A stretch of DNA of 64,000 nt from Blastocatellia bacterium (GTDB taxonomy: Bacteria; Acidobacteriota; Blastocatellia; UBA7656). The position numbers were made by a program, and so were the translations under genes. The DNA lies in assembly GCA_963765495.1 (NCBI GenBank), contig CAVXWP010000001.1:224001-288000 (forward strand), written 5' to 3'. The stretch's first letter is position 1. Every line of letters begins with the position of its first letter. The notes under the pieces were generated by a model, which searched no databases, was not told where the DNA came from, and saw only the letters and a list, made by a program, of their open reading frames with translations. Below, one piece after another: positions 48,674-59,056 of this stretch.

Positions 48674-48860
48674 AAGATTGGTACAAACGAAACTCCAAAG
48701 TATGGTAATCAGAAATAGGCCGGGACGGACGCGGATGCGACGGATTTTCGCGGATCTGACCTTATATGATTTAATCCGCGTAGATCCGCCCGATCCGCGT
48801 CCGTCCCGGCCTATTCCGAGATGCATTCCATTCACACTCATTTGTACCAATCTCTTGCGG
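48674..48860. repeat. AATAGGCC MITE-like element, copy 4 (long form with outer inverted repeats)
   Basis: Outer AGATTGGTACAAA (48675) / TTTGTACCAATCT (48841); inner core 48712-48817. Confidence 0.8.
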
Positions 48861-48897
48861 AGTGATTTAGAGCGGATTTCAATTGCGTTTAACTGTA

Positions 48898-48945
48898 GTC
48901 ATCGCCCTTCGGGCGATCCGGGCAAGGACAAGCCTTGCCCCTACA
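48898..48945 (-). repeat. GTAG-family REP-like sequence
   Basis: 48-bp identical to 63861-63908; minus strand reads tGTAGgggcaaggcttgtccttgccc plus a second hairpin atcgcccgaagggcgat. Confidence 0.85.
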
Positions 48946-48979
48946 TTCATGTGGTAGTTGATACAAAGACGCGATGATT

Positions 48980-50770
48980 TTATTTTATGGGCCAGGCAGC
49001 AAAAAAGCGCGGAGCCTGACGCGGTAGCTCGCGCCCGAGCAACTCTTTGACTTCGCTCATTGAAGGCAGCTTCATGGCTTCGCTGATGAGTGTTTGCACT
49101 CTTTTGAGTTCGATAGAGCGAATGGCATTTTTGATCAGGGGAATCGAACCGGGCGCGAGGCTCAACCTGCGAATGCCAAGTCCTATGAGGACTATGGCCT
49201 GTATGGGGTCCGAGGCCATCTCTCCACATACTTCAAGCGGCACATCGGCCGTCCCAGCTGCCCGCACGAGATGCGCGAGCGTGCGCAACACCGCCGGGTG
49301 CAGAGGTTGATAAAGATGCGCTACGTTTTCGTTTGCGCGATCAACAGCCAGCAGATATTGAATCAGATCGTTTGTGCCTACCGAAAGAAAATCGGACTCG
49401 CGCGCAAACAGGTCGGCCATCATCGCGGCGGCGGGCACCTCTATCATCACACCTACAGGAAGAGTCGGGTTGTGCTCGATTCCGGCGTGGGCAAGCTCAA
49501 TCTTCACCTCTTCGATTATCCGTTTGGCGTCGCGCAATTCGCTCGTCGTGCTGATAAGCGGCAACACTATACGCAGTCGCCCGTGCAGGTTTGCGCGCAG
49601 GATGGCACGCACCTGAGTGCGAAATATATCTTCCACCTTCAAGGCAAGTCGTATGGCGCGCAAACCGAGCGCCGGGTTTTGCTCTTCTTTGAACCCGGGC
49701 AGCGTCAGCTTATCGCCCCCGAGATCGAATACGCGGATGCTCGCCCCTGCTTCGCCCGTAGCTTCGGCGAGCATGCTATAGAGCCTGTACTGCTCCTCTT
49801 CATCAGGCAATTCCGGCAGGCGATTCACAAAGAAGAATTCCGAGCGGTAGAGGCCAATGCCTTCGGCCCCGAACAGAGGAAGAGATTCAATCTCCGAGAC
49901 AAGCTCGACATTTGCCCGCAAGGTCACCTGCACTCCGTCGATGGTTTCGGCGGGCTCGAAAGGTTGAGCTATGGGAGTGGTCTGTAGGATCGTGTCGTGC
50001 TCGCGTCTGTGCATATAAGCGCGGATGACCGGCTTTGTAGGCCGCAGTATGACTTCGCCCGCAACGCCGTCCACTATTATGGCCTCGCCCGACCTGACGC
50101 GTTTCGTCAAATCGTGCAGGCCGACAACTGCCGGAAGTCTCAGAGCGCGGGCGATGATGGCCGAGTGCGAAGTCATCCCGCCCGCGTCGGTTGCAAATCC
50201 GAGCACCCGATTGAAATCGAGTTCCGCCACGGTCGAAGGCCAGATGTCTTCGGCCACGATGACAACATCCTGCTCAAATTCCGACAGGTCGAATTTAGCG
50301 TGGCCCGACAGTATAGCAAGCAGACGGGTGGTAACATCCTCTATATCCGAAGCGCGTTCGCGCAGGTACTGATCGTTGACGTGTTTGTAAGCGTTGATGG
50401 CGCGGTCTGTCACATCGCGCACGGCCCACTCGGCGTTGACGCGGCGCTTGCGAATCTCCTGCTCCATTTCGTCGAGGAGGCGTTCGTCTTCGAGCATCAA
50501 TATGTGAGCATCGAGTATGTAGGAGTGTTTATATCCAAGCTCGCGAGCGAGGCGAATCTTTATCTCCTGCATCTGAGCGCGAGCTTCTTCAAGGGCCTGG
50601 CGCAGGCGTTTGATCTCTCTGGGAATCTGCGCCGACGTGATTCCTATGTAATAAAACTGATGCCGTCCGCGTTCATCCAGTCTGAGCACGCGGCCCACGG
50701 CAATGCCTGCTGATGCGGCAAGTCCAAGCAGTTTCACATCGCGCGAAACGGTCTTTTTAGAAGAGGCCAT
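48980..50770 (-). CDS. ptsI: Phosphoenolpyruvate--protein phosphotransferase (PTS enzyme I)
   Basis: GGMTSHSAI phospho-His, GIGLYRSEF, NPALGLRAIR, SVGTNDLIQY, VCGEMA. Confidence 0.95.
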   Translation of the reverse strand: MASSKKTVSRDVKLLGLAASAGIAVGRVLRLDERGRHQFYYIGITSAQIPREIKRLRQALEEARAQMQEIKIRLARELGYKHSYILDAHILMLEDERLLDEMEQEIRKRRVNAEWAVRDVTDRAINAYKHVNDQYLRERASDIEDVTTRLLAILSGHAKFDLSEFEQDVVIVAEDIWPSTVAELDFNRVLGFATDAGGMTSHSAIIARALRLPAVVGLHDLTKRVRSGEAIIVDGVAGEVILRPTKPVIRAYMHRREHDTILQTTPIAQPFEPAETIDGVQVTLRANVELVSEIESLPLFGAEGIGLYRSEFFFVNRLPELPDEEEQYRLYSMLAEATGEAGASIRVFDLGGDKLTLPGFKEEQNPALGLRAIRLALKVEDIFRTQVRAILRANLHGRLRIVLPLISTTSELRDAKRIIEEVKIELAHAGIEHNPTLPVGVMIEVPAAAMMADLFARESDFLSVGTNDLIQYLLAVDRANENVAHLYQPLHPAVLRTLAHLVRAAGTADVPLEVCGEMASDPIQAIVLIGLGIRRLSLAPGSIPLIKNAIRSIELKRVQTLISEAMKLPSMSEVKELLGRELPRQAPRFFAAWPIK

Positions 50771-51047
50771 CCGAAAACTCCTCTCCGAATTTCTGCTCGA
50801 CAAGTTCAGCCAGCTCACGGGCTGCTCGCTCCTCATCCTCGCCCGTTGTTTTTATTATAAGCCATGTGCCGCGCGCTGCGGCCAGCAATAAAACGCTCAG
50901 AATGGATTTGCCGTCGGCAGTCTGATTTGTGTCTTCGCGGACCAGTTCTACGGAACTCGTAAACTGAGTAGCCCTGCGGACGAGGCGAGCCGCCGCTCGC
51001 GCGTGCAAACCCAGACGGTTGGTTATCATCACTCTTTGTTCTTGCAT
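50757..51047 (-). CDS. ptsH: Phosphocarrier protein HPr
   Basis: LGLHARAA (His15), ADGKSIL (Ser46). Confidence 0.95.
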   Translation of the reverse strand: MQEQRVMITNRLGLHARAAARLVRRATQFTSSVELVREDTNQTADGKSILSVLLLAAARGTWLIIKTTGEDEERAARELAELVEQKFGEEFSDGLF

Positions 51048-51062
51048 ACTCTTATAGGTTAC

Positions 51063-51217
51063 AGGGGCCAGAGGCCGGGGGCCAGAGGCCGGGGGTTGGT
51101 ATTTGCTTGCGCCTGTTTCAGGTACTTGCGTTTTTCCATTCCGACTTCTTCAAATTGGCTGTTGCGTGTCTGTCATTGACTACTAACCTTTGTGCCCCGG
51201 CCCCTACTCTGGCCCCT
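51063..51217. repeat. Heptamer-armed inverted repeat element (GGGGCCA/GAGGCCG)
   Basis: aggggccagaggccgggggccagaggccggggg ... gccccggcccctactctggcccct. Confidence 0.8.
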
Positions 51218-52469
51218 AGGCTTCAAGGCGCGGGTCTGCGGCGTCGCGCAGACCGTCTCCCAAAAAATTCCAGGCCATTACGGCGATAAAGATAAATACG
51301 CCGGGCGTGAGCACCCAGGGGAAATCGCTCAGATAGCGAATCTGCTGCGCGTCTATAAGCATATTGCCCCAGCTCGCTTCGGGCTCCTGAATGCCTGCGC
51401 CGAGAAATGAGAGCGCTACCTCGCCGAGGATATAGAAGGGAACCGACAGCGTGGCTGTGACGATTACAAACGAGAGCGTGTTTGGAAGTATGTGGCGGAT
51501 TATTATCCGAGGGCTTGAAAAACCCAGGGCGCGGGCGGCAATCACATACTCGTGCTCTTTGAGCGATAGCACCATGCCGCGTATCACGCGCGCCTCCGAG
51601 GCCCAGCCTATAAAAGCCAGTATGATGACGATGATCAGATAAACCTGCGTGGAACTGAGCCCGGTTCCAAAGACCTGCCGCATTATCAGGATAAAGTAGA
51701 GACTCGGCAGCGCAAGCAGCACCTCTACTCCACGCATCAGCAGAAAGTCTGCCAACCCGCCGAAGTATCCGGCTATGCCGCCCACGAACATGCCTATGGC
51801 GGTAGAGATTATTATGCCGAGAATGCCTATTGATAAAGAGACCTGCCCGCCATAAAGCAACCGCGAAAAGATATCGCGGCCCACCTTGTCGGAGCCAAAC
51901 AGAAAGATGCGGCCCGGTTCCTCTACGCCGAACAGGTGAATGTTCGACGGGATGACCCAGAGGATGCGATAGGAATCGCCGCGCACAAAAAATCGGATCG
52001 GGTATTTTATGGTCAGATCGTCGCTATAGGTCTTTAGCTGAATGTCTTCGGGTTTGATTCCATAGACAAACGGGCGCGAGAGGTTTCCCTGGCTGTCAAA
52101 CAGGTGGAGCCGCGTGAGCATGGGCGGATAGAAAGGCAGGTTTGTAGCCGAATCGTCGTAGGCATTAGGAGAGAGAAAACCTGCGAAGATGGCCGACAGA
52201 TAGAGCGCGACCAGTGTGTAAAGGCCAAACATCGCCGTGCGATTGCGGCGCAACTTCAGCCAGATTAGCTGCGAAGGCGACCGCCCGCCACTCGATCTTT
52301 TGCTCTCTCCTGTCTCTGCGTTTACGATTTCGCCTACTCGTGCAGGTGGCATCTGTTCAACAACCGCTTCGCCGGGCGCGCGTTCGAAGACGACGGGCCG
52401 CTCTTCGAGGGCGTGATCCGCTCGCTGTTCGTCCATCAATTCATCATCGCTTGTCGGGCGGTCGGTCAT
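51216..52469 (-). CDS. oppC: Peptide ABC transporter permease (OppC/DppC)
   Basis: FGSDKVGRDIFSRLLYG, EYVIAARALG, RHILPN, GDGLRDAADP. Confidence 0.9.
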   Translation of the reverse strand: MTDRPTSDDELMDEQRADHALEERPVVFERAPGEAVVEQMPPARVGEIVNAETGESKRSSGGRSPSQLIWLKLRRNRTAMFGLYTLVALYLSAIFAGFLSPNAYDDSATNLPFYPPMLTRLHLFDSQGNLSRPFVYGIKPEDIQLKTYSDDLTIKYPIRFFVRGDSYRILWVIPSNIHLFGVEEPGRIFLFGSDKVGRDIFSRLLYGGQVSLSIGILGIIISTAIGMFVGGIAGYFGGLADFLLMRGVEVLLALPSLYFILIMRQVFGTGLSSTQVYLIIVIILAFIGWASEARVIRGMVLSLKEHEYVIAARALGFSSPRIIIRHILPNTLSFVIVTATLSVPFYILGEVALSFLGAGIQEPEASWGNMLIDAQQIRYLSDFPWVLTPGVFIFIAVMAWNFLGDGLRDAADPRLEA

Positions 52470-52502
52470 CTCTTATTACTCAAGTCGTAAGAGTTCAGCA
52501 GT

Positions 52503-52568
52503 GGCCACAGAGTCGCGGAGCCACAGAGAAAAGAATACAAAAATTTCTGTGGCTTTGTGTCTGCGGGG
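52503..52568. repeat. Nonamer-period inverted repeat (CCACAGAG...CTGTGG)
   Basis: gccacagagtcgcggagccacagag ... tctgtggctttgtgtctgcgg. Confidence 0.6.
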
Positions 52569-52608
52569 GCAATGTTTCTCTCTTTCTGAACGGATGCTTC
52601 AAGTCGTG

Positions 52609-53580
52609 TTACTCAAGCCTGATTCGAGGATCAATTATCGCAAGCAGCAGATCGGCTATAAGATTTCCGGCTACGAGCATAAGCACCAGAATAGTAACGG
52701 CGGCCATCACCAGCGGCTCGTCCTTGTTTGTCAGGGCTTCATATACGAGAAGCCCGAGGCCGGGCCATCCGAAGACATACTCTGTAAGCAGCGCGCCCGC
52801 GAGCAGATAAGCGAGCGAAAATCCGAACAACGTAACAAGCGGATTGATGGCGTTGCCGAGCGCGTGCCGAAGTATGACGCGGCGGCGACTCAGGCCCTTT
52901 GCCCTCGCCGTGCGGATGTAGTCTTCTGAAAGCGTTTCGATCATCTCGCTACGCATCTGCCGCATGTACTGGGCCATACCAATCGTGCCCAGCACTATAG
53001 TAGGCAGCACGAGATGATGCAAGGTGTCTGTCAACTTCTGCCACGGCGTCATCATATCCCACATCGTCTGATTATGAATTCCGCCTACGGGGAAGAGCCC
53101 CGTCTTTGCCGCAAACAGTATCATCAGCAGAGAGAAGAAAACGGAAGGAATCGAGAGCCCGAAAAACGAGATAAATCCGCACAACCTGTCTACCCAGCGA
53201 TTGCGATTTACCGCGGCAAGCACTCCGAGCGGTATGGCCATCCCCCAGGAAAATATGAGAGCCGCCCCCGTCAGCATAAGCGTATTGAGAATCCGCTCTC
53301 CGATCATGCTCCAGACGTTTTCGCGATACAGGAACGAGTAACCGAAATCGCCCGTGAGCGCCGGCCAGAACCAGTACCAGTAACGCTCAAATATGTTGCT
53401 GCTGTCCAGATGATAGAGCCGTTCCATCCGGTATATGTATTCGGGAGAGATGCTTGGAGTGAGTTTAAGCTGACTCAGGTAATTGCCGGGCGAAAGCACA
53501 AGCATTGCCTTCGTGATGAAGGTGACCACGATGACAAGCGGGATGGCCGCCAGTAACCGCCTTATCAGGAAGGTCTTCAT
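52609..53580 (-). CDS. oppB: Peptide ABC transporter permease (OppB/DppB)
   Basis: GDFGYS, EDYIRTARAKGL, HALGNA, EYVFGWPGLG, IDPRI. Confidence 0.9.
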   Translation of the reverse strand: MKTFLIRRLLAAIPLVIVVTFITKAMLVLSPGNYLSQLKLTPSISPEYIYRMERLYHLDSSNIFERYWYWFWPALTGDFGYSFLYRENVWSMIGERILNTLMLTGAALIFSWGMAIPLGVLAAVNRNRWVDRLCGFISFFGLSIPSVFFSLLMILFAAKTGLFPVGGIHNQTMWDMMTPWQKLTDTLHHLVLPTIVLGTIGMAQYMRQMRSEMIETLSEDYIRTARAKGLSRRRVILRHALGNAINPLVTLFGFSLAYLLAGALLTEYVFGWPGLGLLVYEALTNKDEPLVMAAVTILVLMLVAGNLIADLLLAIIDPRIRLE

Positions 53581-53583
53581 TTT

Positions 53584-53670
53584 AGTCGGTGGTCAGTGGC
53601 CGGTGGTCGTTGGTCGGCAGTTGCAAAGCCGAAAACAGCTTCGATCTCCTAAAGTAGTCACCGACCACCG
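53584..53670. repeat. Heptamer-armed inverted repeat element (GGTGGTC)n
   Basis: gtcggtggtcagtggccggtggtcgttggtcgg ... tcaccgaccaccg. Confidence 0.7.
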
Positions 53671-53673
53671 CTC

Positions 53674-55488
53674 TTATTGTTTGGCGTAAATCTCTTCGCT
53701 GTTCCACGAAAGGCGCGGCACCATATTTGACGGGTGTATGTTGCTGAACCTGGTCTTATAGGCGACGGCCTCGCGCGCAGCGATCAGATTTATATCGGGT
53801 AATTGCTCTGACCATATACGCTGAACCTCGGCAAATACTTGCTTGCGCTCTGACATGTCGGCAGTCGATTCGAATTTGGATACAAGTTCGTCAATGCGCG
53901 CTTCCCACGGAGTTGAAGGCTTCTTCTGGCTCGGAAATCCGATGTGGTTCAGCCCGGAAGAGAGAAGGACGTTTTTGTTGTTTACGGGGTCGGGCGGCAC
54001 ACCCGCCGACCAGCCCAGCACTATGGCGTCAAAGTTAAAGACCGACTGCATCATATCTATCAACACGTTGAACGAGATCGGATTCACATTGGCCTTTATG
54101 CCGACATCCTTGAGATTGCCGGCCACGAACCCCATAACGCTCACGCGCTGTGAATTGTCGGAATTGGTGACGAGATTGATCTCTAAGGTGTGACCCTCTG
54201 CATCTTCGAGAAAGCCGTCGTTGTTGGTGTCTTTCAGATTGATCTCGGCCAGCATCTGTTTTGCGCGTTCGGGATCGTATGGATACTTCTGGATGTCATC
54301 GGAATACCAGACGGTGTTTCCCGGAGTGACCAACGTATAAACCGGAACGCCGCGCCCGGCAAAAACCGTATTGGCCAGCCCTTCGCGGTTTATGGCGTAA
54401 GAGACGGCCTGGCGAAACTTCTGCTCTCGAAATATGTTCTGCTTCCACGTTTCAAGGAAAGGCTTTCCGGTAGACTTGTTGACACCGGTATTTTGATTGA
54501 AGGCCAGCCACGTAGAGTCGAGCGAAATGCCTGTGTCTTCCACCTTTATTTCATCACTTTCCATGCGCTTGACCAGCGCGACCTCTTCGGCGCGCACGCG
54601 GTCCATCCCGTCAATCTCGCCGGCCTGAAACTTTGCCGTGATCGTGTTAAAGTCTTTCGCTATGACGAAAATTATGCGGTCAAGATAAGGCAGGCGCTGA
54701 CCCTTTTCGTCCGCCTTCCAGAAGTAGGGATTACGTTCGAGCACCACGCGCTGACCCGTGACATACTCTTTGAAGCGAAACGGCCCAAGCCCTATCACAT
54801 CTTTAGGATCAGAGTTGACCTTCATCGTCTGATCGAAGGTGCCGGCGCGCAAATCCTGCTCCCACCTGTGCTTCGGCACAAGATAGAGGTTCAGTATCGC
54901 TACAAGAAATGCCCCGTTGGGCTGATGCAGATTGAAGCGAACCGTGTAATCGTCAAGCTTTTCTATGTCTGGATATATAGGCTTGTCGCTTTCGTCAGCC
55001 CCCTCTTTGAACATATCGCACGCGGCATTTTGAACTCTCTCATCGCGTACTACATCGTAGCTGAATATGACATCATCGGCTGTAAACGGCTCGCCGTCGC
55101 TCCAGCGCACGCCCCTTCGCAGATGGAAGGTCCAATGTTTGGCATCGGGTGAATTCTCATAACTCGTACACACACCCGAATCGTAATCGGGAGGATTGTC
55201 GCCGTTGCGATAATCTACGAGACAGCGGAAGAGGTGATACCACAACACGGTGCTTGAAGTTATGTCGGTTACAAGGATGGGGTTGAGTGTTTTTATATCG
55301 TTTGGAATCGCCAGCACGAATGTCCCGCCGTAATTGCCCGTCGCGCCTTTGTAAATATATACATCTTCAGGCTTTTCCCCCTCGAAAGGCGGATTTGGCG
55401 TTCCGGTTGCTCCTCCTGTCGTGCTGCCATTGCATGCGACAGAACACACCATCGCTATAATAACCATAGCGAGGACTGTTTTCCTCAT
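53674..55488 (-). CDS. oppA: Peptide ABC transporter substrate-binding lipoprotein (family 5)
   Basis: Lipobox SVAC, WSDGEPFTADDV, LGPF, LERNPYFW, FRQAVSYAINR. Confidence 0.9.
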   Translation of the reverse strand: MRKTVLAMVIIAMVCSVACNGSTTGGATGTPNPPFEGEKPEDVYIYKGATGNYGGTFVLAIPNDIKTLNPILVTDITSSTVLWYHLFRCLVDYRNGDNPPDYDSGVCTSYENSPDAKHWTFHLRRGVRWSDGEPFTADDVIFSYDVVRDERVQNAACDMFKEGADESDKPIYPDIEKLDDYTVRFNLHQPNGAFLVAILNLYLVPKHRWEQDLRAGTFDQTMKVNSDPKDVIGLGPFRFKEYVTGQRVVLERNPYFWKADEKGQRLPYLDRIIFVIAKDFNTITAKFQAGEIDGMDRVRAEEVALVKRMESDEIKVEDTGISLDSTWLAFNQNTGVNKSTGKPFLETWKQNIFREQKFRQAVSYAINREGLANTVFAGRGVPVYTLVTPGNTVWYSDDIQKYPYDPERAKQMLAEINLKDTNNDGFLEDAEGHTLEINLVTNSDNSQRVSVMGFVAGNLKDVGIKANVNPISFNVLIDMMQSVFNFDAIVLGWSAGVPPDPVNNKNVLLSSGLNHIGFPSQKKPSTPWEARIDELVSKFESTADMSERKQVFAEVQRIWSEQLPDINLIAAREAVAYKTRFSNIHPSNMVPRLSWNSEEIYAKQ

Positions 55489-55796
55489 CCCCTTACTCCT
55501 CCGAACAGTTTACACTGAGAAGATACCTGCCAGTACGAAGTTAGCCTAGAGGGCAAATGGATGTCAAACTCGGAGGGCGAGGCACTATGAGTATGAACTA
55601 TGACGGCGGAAGACGGAAGAGTAAAAGCCGCATTTGTGCTGATTTCTTCTTCAAAAAGTACGGTAATATGTGTCTCAGACAGGTTTTGCAGGCAACAGGC
55701 AGGGCCAGTCATCTCTAAGACTCACATGCCGGGATCGCAGGAAACCATTGATTGCCCTATGAAAAAGCTTTGCCTGGCCGGATACCCGGCTGATAA

Positions 55797-55825
55797 TTGA
55801 CGTGATTGAGGCTCTATTGTAGGAT
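55797..55825 (+). promoter_or_regulatory. sigma70 promoter
   Basis: TTGACG-17 bp-TAGGAT. Confidence 0.55.
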
Positions 55826-55900
55826 ATACGCCGCGCCAGCCCTTCTCTTAAATGGCTTTCAATCGCTCATAGACAACTGCTAGAGGACCGGGTAAAGGGA

Positions 55901-58900
55901 ATGAAAAAGATTATTCTGACGACTGTAATGGCTATAACACTGGCAATGATGGCGGTGCCGCGCAGCTATGTTTCGGCGGGGGCGATGCCCGGCAAGGCGA
56001 TCTCTGCGAGAGGCGCGTTTAACCCCTTGCAGCAGACGACCGACCCTTCGCCACTCTCGCGCAATGCGGCCCTCTCCGCTTCACTGGGCACCGCTTTGAT
56101 CAGAAGCGGCAACGGAAATTCCGAGGTGAGGTTGCTTGCCGATATCGACGGAAGCGAAGATCGCTTTTCCGATCACGAAGCCAGGGTGAGCGGATTGCCT
56201 GACGCGACGGTTGATCCTCAACAGGAGATGACTCGCGTAGCCATTTCAGAGCACACTCTGGCCAACGGATTCGATGAAAATATCTTTTACTCGGGCGACT
56301 CGGCGGGCAATGTCTATATAGGCGCAGACACTACAGGAGACGCGGCGGCCGATCTCTTCACAACCATCAGTATACCTGCGGTGCTCTCAGCCTTCTTCGG
56401 TTCATTGAGCGGCGCAAACGCTATCGCGATAACGGGGCTTGCGGTCAACCCCGTAGCCGACCTCACATCTTTTTCCAGAGTGAATGCGGCTTATTCGACC
56501 TTTAACGGGCAGATCGGCGAGATACTCTATATTGCATATTGGGATTCGAGCGGAACGCTACACCTAAACAACGGGAATCAGGTAGTGAGAAGCGGGTTGC
56601 TGGCCGTGCCGGTATCCGACCTGGCGAGCCCTGCCGGCGCCTCCTCGGGCGTTGTGACTTCGCAAGGGTTTCCGGTGACCGCAGGGCGACCGTGGGCGGT
56701 TGCCTTCTCAAGCTTTGGCAACCTCGCGGGCGTTTGCGTGGACGATGACGGCAATGCTTATTTTCAGCAGTCTGACTTATTGACTTTCACCGCCAGCAAC
56801 ATCGTAAAAGTCACATCGCTCGACGCGCCGGGAACGGGCGACGACCAGGCACCGGGATTTCAGGATCGCGCGCTTGTGGCACAGAACCCGGCGGTTCTCA
56901 CATCGCTAAACCCCGGAGCAGGCGATTACGGAAAGTTCGGAGGCACGCCCTCAAATCAGATCAATCGCCTCACAAACTATTCCGGCACCTCGCCTACGTT
57001 TGGCAACATCGTGTCGCTCGCCTGCGGGCCGGGCAACATCGTCTATGCGGCGGTCGCAAGGTCCGTAGTAGACACAGACGACCAGGATACCGAGGTAACC
57101 GAAGGCAGGTTTCGCAATCCTGTGGCGCTCGGGCCGACTCCGTCTATGGTAATCAGTTTTGCCGATTGCGCGGGCGCGCTCAACACCTGTATATCGCCGG
57201 ACGATAAGGTGAGCGGAACGCTGCCCGTGGCGGACGGGTTTGCCGATGTGGCGGCGACGGGGCTCACGCTTTCGTCGGGCGTCAATAACTTTAGGGTCTT
57301 TGTGCTTGGCAACGGGCCTGAGATAAGAGCAGCAGGATCAGTTATCGGAGCGGAACCGGCCAACACGTTAAAGCTCGACATGCAGATAGACTTTTCGATC
57401 CTTTCGGGGCTCGTGGTCGATGAAGAAAGCAAAGTCTATGTCATATCGGGCGGCGCGCCTGCCGATTCCATCTCGAGGGGAGGCGCTTCGCCTCTCAGAG
57501 GAGAGATACTCTCTTTTGAAGACGCGCACCCGATTGACCGCCGGGGCGATTTCGTGGATTTCAGGCAGGATACTTTGACGGCTCCTACGATAACAGGTGA
57601 CGGCGATTCGGATCGTTTCGACCACATTTTCTGGCAAGCGCCTACGGATGCGGCCACCGTAGCTCCGGCAGGGCTGTCGGGGCTTGCGCGCGGCTTTCTG
57701 CTCTACCTGAATCGAGCGCGCAAAAACGCGGCTCAATTCCCTTCGCTGCCCAACGGGGCGGCGCAGGCGGATGACGCCGCGACTGGGCCGATTGTATTTG
57801 AGAGTTTCGATCCGAGCCATCAGGTAGCCGGGGGCGATGGAGCAGTCAGCAGTTCGGGTGACGACAGCGGAGGCGAAGGCGAACCCATCGGGGAAGGGAA
57901 CCCGTCTGTCAGCAGTCCGTCCGGCGGATTCGAATTCCTGTTTTCGGCCAATGCTCCATCCGGCAATCCGTTTGGTTGTCTAAACCGAGTGTGGAATGCA
58001 TTCTTTCTCAACTCAAACGGCAACATAACATTCGGTTCTGGCGACACTGACGCCACCCCGACTATCGAAGAGTTCCGCGAGCCGCTTGCGAGGCTCGCGC
58101 CCGCCTGGGCCGATTTGAACCCGGCAAGTCGCGCCGAAGGATTTGCGCATACCTTCCCGGTGCAGGCGCTCGGGTTTGCAGATGTAAACGATTTCGTCAT
58201 TCGCTGGATCAACGTGCCTGAATCGGGCGGCGAGGCTTGCGGGTCGAGCAATACTTTTTCGGTCTTCCTCTTTGATGACGGGCAACTTGCGGATGAGAAC
58301 GCGGCTTCCGGGGTCACAGAAGGACCGCTCGCCCCGCGATTCAACTTGCTGAGTCACAACACGCGCGAGGCGGAAGCCTCCGCTTTTCGGATGTGGTATG
58401 GCCGGATGGATTTGCTCGGCACGCCCGATCAGCCTGTGATCGTAGGCTACTCAAACGGCGGGCCAACGCTTCTTTCTTCAGAGCCCGATTCGACCAACTG
58501 GTCAACGCTGGCTCCGCTGGCCGAAACGAGCCCTATCTATTTTGTAGAGCGCTTTGCAGACGCTGGCACATTCCAGCTATTCAATTCCGGCACCGAGCCC
58601 GCTCTGAACGAGGGACAGGTAATTCCCGCCAAACCGAGTTTCGATCTGCGCGGCGAGGGCAACGCTGCGGCTCTGTGCACGCCCGACGGCCAGACGGATC
58701 TGAATCGAGCGACTATCTCGATCAGTGTGATCTGCTCACAGGTGGTAGTTGATCCTCCGCCGCCCGGTCCTGTGATAAATTCGTGCAAACTGAAAAAGAC
58801 TGCAATGGGAGGCTTTAAACTAATTGTGACAGGTACCGATTTCACGGAAGGTATCACGGTGACAGTCGGTGGAGTAACACCTAAGAAGGTAAAGTTGAAA

Positions 58901-59050
58901 GACCCTGTAGCAGGTGCGCCAAATAATTTCACAAAACTGATCCTGAAAGGGAGAATATGCCAGGGATTGCCCGGCGCGGTGGTAGTGGTAAATCCGGGTC
59001 CAAACGGGGGAGCATCTCAGCCGTTTGCCTGCATCGAATCATGTCAATGA
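55901..59050 (+). CDS. Large secreted hypothetical protein (1049 aa) with NIDO-like segment and C-terminal IPT/TIG-like domain
   Basis: Signal peptide; FLNSNGNITFG..LAPAWADL; PPPPGPVI..LIVTGTDF..VTVGG..VVNP. Confidence 0.7.
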   Translation: MKKIILTTVMAITLAMMAVPRSYVSAGAMPGKAISARGAFNPLQQTTDPSPLSRNAALSASLGTALIRSGNGNSEVRLLADIDGSEDRFSDHEARVSGLPDATVDPQQEMTRVAISEHTLANGFDENIFYSGDSAGNVYIGADTTGDAAADLFTTISIPAVLSAFFGSLSGANAIAITGLAVNPVADLTSFSRVNAAYSTFNGQIGEILYIAYWDSSGTLHLNNGNQVVRSGLLAVPVSDLASPAGASSGVVTSQGFPVTAGRPWAVAFSSFGNLAGVCVDDDGNAYFQQSDLLTFTASNIVKVTSLDAPGTGDDQAPGFQDRALVAQNPAVLTSLNPGAGDYGKFGGTPSNQINRLTNYSGTSPTFGNIVSLACGPGNIVYAAVARSVVDTDDQDTEVTEGRFRNPVALGPTPSMVISFADCAGALNTCISPDDKVSGTLPVADGFADVAATGLTLSSGVNNFRVFVLGNGPEIRAAGSVIGAEPANTLKLDMQIDFSILSGLVVDEESKVYVISGGAPADSISRGGASPLRGEILSFEDAHPIDRRGDFVDFRQDTLTAPTITGDGDSDRFDHIFWQAPTDAATVAPAGLSGLARGFLLYLNRARKNAAQFPSLPNGAAQADDAATGPIVFESFDPSHQVAGGDGAVSSSGDDSGGEGEPIGEGNPSVSSPSGGFEFLFSANAPSGNPFGCLNRVWNAFFLNSNGNITFGSGDTDATPTIEEFREPLARLAPAWADLNPASRAEGFAHTFPVQALGFADVNDFVIRWINVPESGGEACGSSNTFSVFLFDDGQLADENAASGVTEGPLAPRFNLLSHNTREAEASAFRMWYGRMDLLGTPDQPVIVGYSNGGPTLLSSEPDSTNWSTLAPLAETSPIYFVERFADAGTFQLFNSGTEPALNEGQVIPAKPSFDLRGEGNAAALCTPDGQTDLNRATISISVICSQVVVDPPPPGPVINSCKLKKTAMGGFKLIVTGTDFTEGITVTVGGVTPKKVKLKDPVAGAPNNFTKLILKGRICQGLPGAVVVVNPGPNGGASQPFACIESCQ

Positions 59051-59056
59051 TGCGAA

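Noticed and set aside
48980-51047. ptsH-ptsI without sugar-specific EII genes
   Set aside because: Stand-alone regulatory PTS cores are common; not unusual
55490-55900. Riboswitch or ncRNA in the oppA divergent intergenic region
   Set aside because: No recognisable consensus; divergent promoters explain the region
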